Positions 50,888 through 62,177 of a stretch of 62,177 nucleotides of DNA are shown here, piece after piece. The stretch is from Rozella allomycis CSF55 (lineage: Eukaryota). The DNA lies in contig KE560931.1 in NCBI GenBank assembly GCA_000442015.1, positions 1-62,177 of the forward strand. The letters run 5' to 3'. The position numbers and the translations under genes are program-made. The notes beneath the pieces were generated by a model. That model saw nothing but the letters and a program-made list of their open reading frames with translations. It was not told where the DNA came from and did no database searches. Position 1 is the stretch's first letter; each line of letters begins with the position of its first letter.

Positions 50888-52093
50888 TTAAACCCTTTCA
50901 ATTACAACAGCAATACCTTGACCTCCACCAATGCAAGCAGAAGACAGTGCATATTTTTTCTTTGTCTTTAGTAAATTGTAAACTTGATGCGCAATAATTC
51001 TGGACCCAGACGCAGCAAGTGGATGCCCAATAGCGATTGCCCCACCATGAACATTGGTTTTGTCCAAATCAAGTTTCAATGATTTAGATACAGCCAGAAA
51101 TTGGGAGGTAAACGCTTCATTAACTTCAATTAAATCCATTTGATCTAAACTAAGATTTGCCTTTTTCAATGCGCCTTTCATAGCAGGAACAGGCCCAATG
51201 CCCATTACACGCGGTTCTACACCAGCCACGTGGTAGGAAATAATTTTAGCCAATGGAGTTAGTTTATATTCTTTTACAGCTTCTTCCGAAGCGAGAATCA
51301 CAGAAGCAGCACCATCCGTAATCCCAGATGCATTGGCCGCAGTAGTTACCCCGTCTGGCTTAAATATTGCCTTCAACTTAGATATAATCTCTACATCGGT
51401 ATCCTTTCTCGGAGTTTCATCAGTGTCAAACATTCGAGTACCCTTTCTACTATTGATTTCTATTCCAACAATCTCGTCTTTAAATGCATCATTTTCATTA
51501 GCTGTTATATTAATAAATTATTGTTTACCCGCAAACCATCTTTTATGACTCTCAACGGCCCATTTATCACACTCTTCTCTATCAATGCTATATTCTGAAG
51601 CAAGGTTCTCAGCAGTAACCCCCATTGGTGTTGGAGCAGGGTATTGGTCGATCAAAGTTGTATATAACGAATCTTCCATTCTGGGCTGAACTCCATACTT
51701 TATTCCCCATCTACCTTCCCGAACGACAAATGGGCATTGAGACATGCTCTCAGCACCACCAGTCAAAACAACCTTGGAATCTTTGCATACTATTTCCCTG
51801 TAGCCCTGGATCAATGACTCAAACCCAGAACCGCATAGTCGATTAATAGTAACAGCAGGCGTAGATACAGGTAAATTCGAGCGAAGAGCAACGTGTCTTG
51901 CTAAGTATGCAGCATCAGTTGAAGATTGGATGACGTTACCAAAGATTACAGAGTCAATCGGTGTCCCTTCAGGTAATTGCTTCAAAGCAGCTTTCGATGA
52001 AATTGTTCCTAACGAAGTTGCTGAAAACTCCTTCAATGAACCACCAAAGGTTCCAAAGGCAGTTCGTTTTGCGGCGACAATGTACACACTCAT
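50888..52093 (-). CDS. 3-ketoacyl-CoA thiolase (ACAA2-like)
   Basis: TINRLCGSG, NEAF, GGAIAIGHPLAASG, SACIGGGQG; one intron. Confidence 0.93.
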
Positions 52094-52160
52094 TACGTAG
52101 GTAAACTAAGCCCCAATTAATAATTGACGTTAAATATATCAAAATTTATAAAGTCTATAT

Positions 52161-53464
52161 CTAATATTTATTCACATAAACAACATTGGGCTTTGAGAAT
52201 CCATTAAAGGTTGATGATGAAGCAAGTGTATACGCGCCCATGTCTTCAAAGATAAGAAAGTCACCAACTTCAAGTAATGGAAGTTTCGTCTTTTTAACAA
52301 GGCAATCCATTGAATCACAAGTTGGGCCCCATAAACTACATTCCAGAATTTCCGTGGATTCATGTCGTTGGAAAACAATTGGTTCTATTTCTACATGATC
52401 AAATATAAGGCAATTAAAAGATCCATACACCCCATCATTAAGATAATACATTGCGCGTCTTTCTGTTTCAGCGGTTGCGTCTATTATTCTTCTTGATGTC
52501 ACCTGCACAACCAACGTGTAAGCGCCCGCCACATAAAACCTTCCTGGCTCCGAAATGATTTTGATATCTTCCCCAAACAATCTATCAATTGAAGATCTGC
52601 AAACTTCTGCAATCTTTTTAAAGAACTCTGTTGACGTCTTTAAACCCGGGAAACCACCGCCGATATCGAGCAGCTTGAATTTATAGCCACAAACATTCTC
52701 CGCCATATCAAAAAGGTTTCTTGCACTTTGGATAGCTTTTTGATACGACTGAATATCACCACAGTTGCTGCCAACATGGAAACTAATTTATAAACTTCTC
52801 TGCTTGTTACCTTATACCTACGACGTTAAGATCCATGCTCTTTGCTTTCATGATAAGTTTCTCCGCTCTTTCCATGGAAGCACCAAATTTCAGACCGAGC
52901 TGACATTTAGACTTGGAATCATCTGTTAAAATGCGTAAAACGAGTTCAGCTTCCGGAAAGTGCTTTTGGACCTTGACCAATTCGTCTTCATTATCAAATG
53001 TCATGACATTTATTCCCTTTTCCTTTGCATATGTAATCGACGACCCTTGCTTGCATGGATTAGCGTATATAATGCGACTTGCATCTACTCCAAGGCTCAG
53101 CACAAGGTCGATTTCCGCTCTGCTCGCGCAATCGAAATTGGCACCCAACGCTGCTAATTTTTCGATAACTCGGGCATCCGGATTGCATTTAACAGCTAAT
53201 ATCACATTAGCAAATATGAATACCATAATACGGATGCACACGGGGCATCTCGCTTTTCCACAACATATGCTGGCTCTCGACGACATCTAAATCGGCGACA
53301 AAGAACGGTTCATCATTATTTAATAGTTCATGATTAATTAAAGTTTGCATAGCAGCTTTGGACAGCGATGTTGGTGAGTATGATGATTCGGTGGTTTCCA
53401 GGGGTACAAATGGATTAGAGCATAATTTCTCATGGACGGGCACAATAATTTGAGTGGAAGACAT
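52161..53464 (-). CDS. SPE1: Ornithine decarboxylase (3 exons)
   Basis: PYYAVKCNPD, FDCAS, YANPCK, FHVGS, LDIGGGFPG, SEPGRF, WGPTCDSMD, MGAYT. Confidence 0.95.
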
Positions 53465-53555
53465 GAGGTGATTCCCTTTGGCGAGATTTATTTATAATGG
53501 TGTGTGACACGCGTTCTATTTTTTGACGGGGAGTGTAGGAAAAATAGGAAAATTC

Positions 53556-53891
53556 ATGAAAGTTAAAATTAACAGTAAAAATAGGTTGGAGTGGTGATAG
53601 GGTAAGATGGGTTTGTGAAGTTGTACTAGTTGGAAGACTGCTGCGATTTGGAAGTGGAATGTGGAGGACGATGTTTGTGGGATTTGCAGAGCGCCGTTTG
53701 AAGGGTGCTGCCCTGAATGCAAAATTCCTGGGGATGACTGTTCGCTGAGTAAAATGGTTGTGGTTTACTTTATAGTTTGGGGAGCTTGCAAGCACTGTTT
53801 TCATTTGCATTGCCTGATGACCTGGCTGCAGTCGCAGAATGAGAAGCAGCAGTGTCCAATGTGCCGACAGGAGTGGCAATGCCTGAGTTGA
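53556..53891 (+). CDS. APC11: Anaphase-promoting complex RING-H2 subunit APC11 (probable 1-nt exon at 53601)
   Basis: MKVKI...W...[28 protein letters not shown]...CKHCFHLHC...CPMCRQEW. Confidence 0.93.
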
Positions 53892-53969
53892 GCAAGTAGA
53901 ATTTTGAATTTAAATAAAATATTTTTGTAGTTTGTACTTTGGAATGTTTTATGAGTGGCTGTGTTAAGA

Positions 53970-56583
53970 ATGGAAGAGAGTATCCCTGTTAAGCATGTTG
54001 TAAAAATATATTTTGCTGTTTGAAAGGCGCCCGAGGACGTACCGTATGAAGAAGAGTTGGTGAGAAACCCGTTTTATGTCAAGGGCTGGCTGCGCTATAT
54101 CCAGCACAAGCGCGAGTATTCGTACGAGGCCCAGTGTTACGTGTATGAGAGGGCGCTGTTGCATCTTCCGCGCAGTTATAAAATATGGAAGCAGTATTTG
54201 AACCTTCGAACGACGAGGGTGCAGACCAAGTGGATATTGGATCGGGAATATGAGGTTATTAATATGTGTTTTGAGCGAGCTCTGATGCATTTGAATAAAA
54301 TGCCGAGGATATGGCTTGACTATGTGGAGTTTCTGATCAAGCAGAGGAAGGTGACGTTAACGAGACGGGTGTTGGATAGAGCGTTGAGAGCGCTGCCTGT
54401 GACGCAGCATGAGAGAATATGGAAGGTGTATTTGCAGTTTGTTGTGAGAATTAATTTGCCAGAGCTTTCTGTGAGGGTGTATAGGAGATATTTGCAGGTA
54501 CGTGGAGATTGATGGATATAGCGTAGTTGTTTCCAGAAAAGACGGAAGAATATATAAAGTATTTGAGAGAGAATGAGTGTTATGATTTGTGTGCGCAGAA
54601 GATAGTGGATGTGATTAATAATGAGAATTTTGTGAGTGTTGAAGGGAAAACGCATTATATGTTTTGGGTTGAGTTGTGTGAAATGATTTGTGAGCATCCC
54701 AAGGAAATGAAGGGGATTAAAGTGGATGCAATATTGAGGAGTGGAATACAAAGATTTCAAGACCAGAGGGGTAAATTGTGGACATCATTGGCTGATTATT
54801 ATATTTACATGGGACAATTTGACAAGGCCAGAGATGTGTATGAAGAAGGGATCCACACTGTGATGACAGTGAGAGATTTTACTCAAATCTTTGAAGCGTA
54901 TACAAAGTTTGAAGAGACGTTGTTGAGTGGGATGATGGAGAAGGTTGGAGAGGAAGAGATAGATTTGAGATTGGGATATTTTGAGAGATTGATGAAAAGA
55001 AGATCAATTTTGTTGAATGATGTGATGTTGAGACAAAATCCGAATAATGTGCATGAATGGCTAAAGAGGACAGATTTGTTTAAAGAGAATGAAAGAATGT
55101 TAATTGAAACATTTGAAAATGCAGTGAGAACTGTGAATTCTAAACAAGCGGTAGGAAAATACAGTGAACTGTGGATTGAATATGCGTTGTACTTTGAAAG
55201 AAAGGGGGATATTGAAGAAGCGAGTAGAGTGTATGAAAGGGCGATAGAAGAAGAATATAAAACAGTGAATAGTTTAGCAGAAGTTTGGATTTCATATTCA
55301 AATTTGTTTAAAGATAAAAGAAGGTCAATTGAAATAATGGCAAGGGCTGTTAGACCAACAAAGGGATACAAAGTTGATTATCATGATGAAGTAACCATAG
55401 AATGTTTTATTTAGTAGATGATTGAACCAAAGCATAGATTATTCAAGTGTTTAAAGCTGTGGAATCATTATGTAGATTTAGAAGAAGCGTTTGGAACATT
55501 TGAGACTACTAGGGCTGTTTATGAGAGAATTTTAGATTTGAAAATAGCGAATTTGCAAACAATAATAAATTATGGATTATTTTTAGAAACAAATGAACAT
55601 TTTGAAGAATCATTTAAGATTTATGAAAGAGGAATTGATTTGTTTGGATATCCAATGGCATTTGAAATTTGGAATATTTATTTAGCTAAATTCATTAAAA
55701 GATATTCAGGAACAAAATTAGAAAGAGCAAGAGATTTATTTGAACAAGCGTTGGATAAATGTCCTCCAAAATATTCTAAAAATATTTATTTAATGTATGC
55801 TAAATTAGAAGAAGATTTTGGTATTATTAGACATGCTTTAAGAATCTATGATAGAGCAACTAAAAATGTTGCTAAAGAAGATAAATTACAAATCTTTAAA
55901 GTTTACATTACAAAAATTGCTCAATCTTACGGTTTAACTTTTACGAGAGAAATTTATGAAAAAGCTATTCAAAATTTAAATGATTCTGACGCTAAAATTA
56001 TTTGTTTAGAATACGCTGAAATGGAAAAGAAATTAGGTGAAATTGATCGTGCAAGAGCCCTCTATTCTTACGCTGCTCAATTCTGTGATCCAAAAGTAAA
56101 GAAATTATTTCTTTTATAATAGACAAACCCTGAATTTTGGAATGTTTGGAATGATTTTGAAGTTAAACATGGAAATGAAGACACTTTTAGAGAAATGTTA
56201 AGAGTTAAAAGAAGCGTTCAAGCTTTATTCAACACTCAAGTAATAATTTTATTTCTCTTTTCATTAAAGTTGGAATCTATCGCTGCTCAACACGTCAAAG
56301 AAGCAAAAGATGCTATGGAGTCTCTTGAAATTAACGTTGATGAAGAAACTAACCAAATTGATAATCAAACTGCTGATGATCAAATTGAATCAATTGATAA
56401 CGTTGAGATTCAAAACAATGAAATTGATGACCAAGAAGAGTATCTCATTTCTTCCATTCTAATTTTAGATTAAACGATAAAGTAGAAATTGAAGCGTTGC
56501 CTGAACAAGTCTTGAAAGTTGTTGCCACCGAAGAAGAAGAACAAATAGTAATCGGCGCTAAAGCTCGCTTCATGAAAAAATAA
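53970..56583 (+). CDS. SYF1: Pre-mRNA splicing factor SYF1/XAB2 (HAT repeats), spliced
   Basis: [62 protein letters not shown]. Confidence 0.95.
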
Positions 56584-56624
56584 ACTCTTAAACTTTATTT
56601 TTATTTTCCTTCAACTCCTTGGTG

Positions 56625-58783
56625 ATGTCTTTCATGCAAAAGGAATTATCAGACTTGATTTCCTTTTACTCTGACTGGATCTCCCAAAACAACAACCTCA
56701 AAAATGAAACATCTTTCATCATCCTCAATCATCTAGTTAATGACCTGCATTTACTAGCTGCCAAAGTTAAAGCCACTAAATCAGTACTCTTCTAAAATTC
56801 TTCCCAAAGGATTCCACAATGAAAAAATCTCTTTCAAATCTCACTACTCTCTTCTCCTCCTACAAAGATTCAGACACAGAATCTCCAAAGAAATCTTCAG
56901 ATTCTCACGACCATCACAGAAACAATGTTTTCAAATTCTTCTCTGCAAAATCCAGAGGTAATTACTCCACATATTTACAATAGATTCAGAACACAACGTC
57001 ACACGCTCATACTCGGATCCATCCGTTTCCTCGTACAACTCTTACAAAGACACTACTGAGAAATACACCCAATCTTCAACTTCCAATTCTCCACTCAAAG
57101 AAATCGAAACAGTTTCTAATAGCGCTGATTCTGACAATGCGCAAAAAGACTTTGCATTGACTGAAATGAAGAAGCATTTCGCCGGTATCAAAGAGAATAT
57201 CCATAAACAGTCAAACTCTGTTTCTTCCCAAGAAGATATCTTTCTCAAAGGTATAGTAATGGACTTTATCGGCAACGTAGAATTTTCTCAGAATAATTCT
57301 ATTGTTAGGAAACCGTCTAAATCGGCGGAAAAGAGGAAACCTTTGAAATGGTTTGTCAGAGAATTCAACAAGAATCCTTCAAAGGTAACAATTCGCATGT
57401 TTTATTAATTCAGGTACCCAGACTTTGTTAATGTGATATATAGGTTCAAAAATTCATTAGGAAATAACAATAGGCTATTAACAGTCTGGTCGAAGAAAAG
57501 TATCTAGAGTTGGATCCTCAATCAGTGTCATCCTTTCTTCATACAGAAAAGCGTTTAAATAAGAAGAAAATAGGTGAATATCTAGGCGAACAGTAAATTT
57601 CAATGGTACATATTATAGCGACCCATTCAATCTCAATGTCTTGAAAGCATTCGTCGGTGACTTCAATTTTCAGGGTCTAGATTTTGACGTCGCATTACGG
57701 TAATCATCTCTATATTCAATTGTAGGAAACTTTTATCTGAATTCAGATTGCCCGGGGAGGCTCAGAAGATTGACAGAGTTGTCAACACATTCGCCGCACG
57801 GTACTGTGAAAACAACCCTACAGTTTTTGAATCACCAGGTACTCAATTCCAACAAATAACATTAGACACCGCCTATGTCCTTGCATTTTCGCTAATCATG
57901 CTGAACACAGATGCGCACAATCCTAACGTCAAACACAAGATGACACTCAGAGAATTTATCAGAAACAACAGAGGTACTACTATTAACAAGTTACAATAGG
58001 CATTAATCACCAAAAAGACTTGCCCGAAGAGTTTTTGAAAAAGATGTTTTGCAATATCACCGAAAACGAAATTAAAATGGACTCGATAGATGACGAGCAA
58101 CAGAAAATGGAGAGCTTGATGGCTACGCTAGTGGCGAAACCGGATGTATGATTATATATGGGTTTTCAAAAGGATTTGAGCTCGCCGGATAGATGTCTCA
58201 TTCAGCAATTCAATGTTGGGATGCTGACTGAAGTTGATACTGAGCCTGTTGAGCATTCTCGCGTGTTGTATCTTTTCAATGATTTAATTTTGGTAATCAA
58301 TTTGGGTTTAACGTATTAGATTACTAAAGCCATAAAGAATGGGCGCAAATTTCAAGTAAAATCAAAATACTGCATTGGCAATGATACGTGTGTTGAAAAT
58401 ATCTCATTAAATGGTAATGCATAGCCCATGTTTTTTATAGATCATCCGTATTCCGTTAGGTTATTTTCAAACACGTCGGATAAAACAAACTCTTTCATTT
58501 TTGATTTCAAGATACAAAATAACAGGAAACTGTTTTTTGATTCCATAAAGGAAATTCTCGCTGAAATGAAAGGCGAGATTTACGAGGCTAGCGGTAAAGA
58601 CTTCAGGTGATAGTGTTTAGATGACGATTTCAATGATCATACTCTTACAAAGGCCGCCGCTGCAAAAGCTATTCTTGAGCAAACATATGCGGCAGATGAA
58701 GGGAATAGATATAAGAAATTCGGATCGTTGAGAGAAGCAAGGACAAAATTACATGCCAGGTTTATTCCTGTAAAGGATCCATG
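56625..58783 (+). CDS. Sec7-domain ARF guanine nucleotide exchange factor with PH-like domain (multi-exon; ends approximate)
   Basis: [58 protein letters not shown]. Confidence 0.88.
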
Positions 58784-58888
58784 ATATGCTGGCTGTTATC
58801 GGCGTAATTTAAGTTTTTGAGGTCCTTTGAAGATATATGCAATAAAATTATAGTTTTTAATCTAGTTTTTGAACTGACCACTCCGCGT

Positions 58889-59365
58889 TTGGTGTTTTGA
58901 ATAAATCTTTAATTTCATGTTGTTAGCGGCTCGGCTTGGCTGGACCTCGGTTGGCACAGTGGCTTATTTTGATTCGAAAGCCGAGCCGAGTGTCTCCGAA
59001 ATTGTTGCCCTGGAAGGTTTCTCTCATATCCGGGTCCCAATTAGTCCGTTGATGTTTTATGTGATGTCTTTAACAATCATTAGTAAAAACTCTCGAGACA
59101 GGAAGTTTGCTGGAAATCAAGATTCGAACCAGCCTATTAATGTTCCACTAGTCATAAAGATAATTAATTGAATATGCGTTAATGTTAAAGCTCGATGGAT
59201 TGGATTTATATAAATAGAATGGGTTGAGTAAGAAAGGCTTAAAGATAAAGTTATCAGAAAATTCTATCAGTGTAATTGAACATGCATCAAATTTATTAAC
59301 CTCCGTTGAAGCCGAGCTCGTCCAAGTCACTCAGCCGAGCCAAGCCAGAGAAGCGAAAACACCTA
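58889..59365. repeat. Possible degenerate non-autonomous DNA transposon (MITE-like)
   Basis: GGCTCGGCTTGGCTG near 58928 and CAGCCGAGCCAAGCC near 59332 form an imperfect inverted pair; further GCCGAG pentamer-type repeats; GGTGTTTT/AAAACACC at the outer ends. Confidence 0.35.
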
Positions 59366-59412
59366 TATTTAAGCAAAACGAAGTTAAATAACCTAACCTA
59401 TCACTAAAAACT

Positions 59413-61981
59413 TTATTGATTGTCAATTTGATGAAACTTTTTAAAGGCTTTAACAATTTTATCACCTAGCAAAGTAACAGTTTCATCATTTCGTAAATCC
59501 AGCCATAGGTGCAAATCATTTTCAAAAATTTCATAGTCTTTATCAAGACCTTTATACGGAAGCTCTAAATGAATTTTAATCGTCCCTTTCATTAATTCCT
59601 TTTTCAAGCCTAATGCATGCAAATTGGGAGATTCTGAGTCTCGATTGGTGGCGAAAGTAAGATCAGAACGCACAGAGAGAAAATTACTTTTGAACACTTG
59701 AGTGGGAACAGCTTCTCCTACCTTCCAATGTGTCTTTAAAGCAAAGAAAAATGGAAACAAAATAACATCTGGACCAGCAAATACAGATGGAAAATACACC
59801 GAGTCGCATTCCTGGTGAAAATGGATTTTGACATAGTCATACATGTCAACGTCTCGATTGCTATCTCCAATTTTGATATTTGTTGCGCCGACCAAGCGAA
59901 AATGTTGAATTCCTGGCGGGATGCTATCTTTTGGTATTCTTTTCAAAATATCTAAATCACAAACTGCTTCACCACTAAACATTCCAATCAATCGCAAACC
60001 TAAAACATATTCAAGCAATTTCCCGCGGTAAGTCGCTGGATATTTAATAAAATCTTTTGAAGCGAAAATGCTAGAAAAGAAAGATAAAATGTCGAAGGAA
60101 GCTCTGGGATTGTCAGAGTGTGCCATTAACGATTTCAGAAAATTAAATCCAGAAAAAACAGCCATGTATTCAGCCATGTAGCCGCCATTGTTTTCGAGAA
60201 ACAGCAAATGTGAAGAAATTTCAGCGTAAATTGAATCAACAAGAACCACATGTCTTTTCCCTTCGCTCAATGCGACCGCTGAAAGTGTTATAAAATCGAC
60301 TAGTTCGTTTAACGCATCAACGACAAAGTTGTCCTTATTAAAGAAAGGTACAAATACTCTATTTTGACCTGTCGGGATATATTCATCAGGCATAAATCGA
60401 CACCAAAAGCTGTACAAAGAGTAATCATGAATATTCACAGGCATGTCTGGATTTTGATGAGGACAACATACTGCATCAATGTACCAATGAGCTATTTCAC
60501 GCGCAGTTTTGCTGAATTGCGTTTGCGAAACATTCCGATATGCTATGTCCTTAAAGAGTAATACAACATAGGTTGCAACAAATCTAGGCCGACCAATGAA
60601 GGCGCGACCCAAAGCTTCGAGCAAACCACGATCAAACGCTTCTTTAGCAAATACTAAACAAATAAAATTTTTAACATCATTTTCGTTGTAAAAATCAACG
60701 TTAAATACACAACCGATGTAAGAGTCTTTCGTAGCGTCGTAAACGGCCCCTACTGCCGACTTTGAAAGGGACACGTGGCGAAGACTAAAGGCGGTGCCAC
60801 AAAAGAGCAAACGGCAGCGGTCACTAATTTTAAGAGCGCATCGACACAAGGCATAGTATAGGGGGCGTAAAGTGTCAAACCGTCCTGTGCCATTAAAACA
60901 GTGAGGCAATATACTTAAAGAGAGGTCTACTTCATCAAATACAATAACCGTGCAGAAGCGAATTTCAAAATGCTTTGTGATCTTACCTTTATAAAGCACA
61001 TCGGACAATGCGTTTGCCATCTTCTTACAGCAGTGTCTAGACCGTTGAAAATCAAGCCAATCTGAGGGCCCGTAATTTGTATTTGAGTCCAGCAAAAGAC
61101 CCAAAAAAATTTCGCGAATTTTAATTAAAGTGAAAAGTCCATGGTAAAAGTGCAGTTCTAATAGACCAGGATCGTTTTGGTTTAACCCTATAAGCCATTC
61201 AATTAATACTTGAAAGCCACAATGCTCGTTTGATATGTCAATGTATAGTCCAAAGTTTTGCCGCAAAATGTCAAAAGCCCTCCGTGTTTTTCCTGAACCA
61301 GATACATTCACAAGCAGATTGATAGGGGAGGTCATTTGTTCAAGAAGATTGTTTGCCTTCTCAAAGGCGCCCGGAAATTCAAAATCGACCATCGAGTATT
61401 TGCCTGTTATTTTGGGAATAGGCGTAGCCACGAATGCGCACTTGATGGCGTCTAAATCAAAAGTAATGCTGTCATATTTTTCTAAAGTTTCAAAGTGATA
61501 CCTACAAGCATTCCTCATTTCCTCCTTTGAAAATTCATCTCCTGTATCGGGGCCTAGCTTATATGGATCAGGGACCATGACGATGAGCATATCTTCCTCA
61601 CTTTCTCCCAGTCCATCCAGAGGAACAGAAGATTTTAAGGACTCGATTTTTTTAAAATTATTGTGTGCTGTGTCAAAACCAATATTATTTTTGTAAACCA
61701 GAAGTTGAGCAGGAACGTAAACAGAGAGTATTTTTTCGTTCTTGCTATAGACTGCATCACGAAACTGCCAAATATATGAAGNGGTCAAAAACAATATTAT
61801 TTTTGTAAACCCGAAGTTGAGCGGGAACGTAAACAGAGAGTACTTTTTCGTTCTTGCTATAGACTGCATCACGAAACTGCCAAATATATGAAGAAACAGG
61901 CAATGAGACAACATCTGTAGCTAAGCCTTTGTACGGTTGTCCGTTTGAATCCAAAAGTGTAAACCAAACAAAACGGGACAT
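59413..61981 (-). CDS. Crinkler (CRN)-type protein: CR ubiquitin-like header + P-loop NTPase + REase-like C-terminus (5' region has assembly duplication at N 61782)
   Basis: FVWFTLLDSNGQPYKG...FRDAV...LxVYKN...LIVMVP header; SGSGKT Walker A; VIVFDEVD Walker B; GKLLEY and FPSVFAGPDV...ALK REase-type motifs. Confidence 0.8.
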
Positions 61982-62177
61982 GGTGGTGGCTTGGTGAGGT
62001 ATTAAAGAAATACGATCTGCCATTACAAACAACATTTTTCCAACCATGGTTTAATCGAATCATGTAACATTATTTCGCACAATTATCCTACCTATTAAAG
62101 AAAATAAGGCGTCAAATTTTGTATATTGCAAGCGCAACAAATGGACGTGTTTCGAAAATCGCGCAAACGAAAATTTG

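Noticed and set aside
61672-61891. ~110-bp tandem duplication in the CRN header
   Set aside because: The copies are separated by an N at 61782 with a few substitutions, so a scaffold join of two alleles or paralogs is more likely than a real repeat.

Overview
Gene-dense, AT-rich eukaryotic DNA from an early-diverging, flagellated (zoosporic) fungus-like organism. A Rozella/Cryptomycota-type genome is my inference from the uniform ~26-32 nt introns, tiny intergenic gaps, flagellar genes and a Crinkler effector. About 30 mostly spliced genes can be assembled by hand, including YJU2, P5C reductase, RPB5, CatSper3, LanCL, a GPCR, NUP53, ISWI, PGK, TAF8, LSM11, CFAP298, SPF45, RRP8, LSM4, TRA1, RAD6, kanadaptin, delta-tubulin, TMEM164, AP-mu, REC8, thiolase, ODC, APC11, SYF1 and a Sec7 GEF. 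There is also one tRNA-Arg(ACG), a family of unknown secreted proteins (3 genes plus 1 pseudogene) with a hAT remnant, a retropepsin-like remnant and a CRN NTPase-REase gene. The most unusual signal is the splicing architecture. Four loci have 2-3 abutting ~29-nt GT..AG intron units with no exon between them (candidate recursive splicing or zero-length exons). APC11 appears to have a 1-nt exon. Three conserved genes need non-AG (TG/CG) acceptors at the normal intron length. Together these suggest a length-measuring spliceosome. All gene models are manual and untested.
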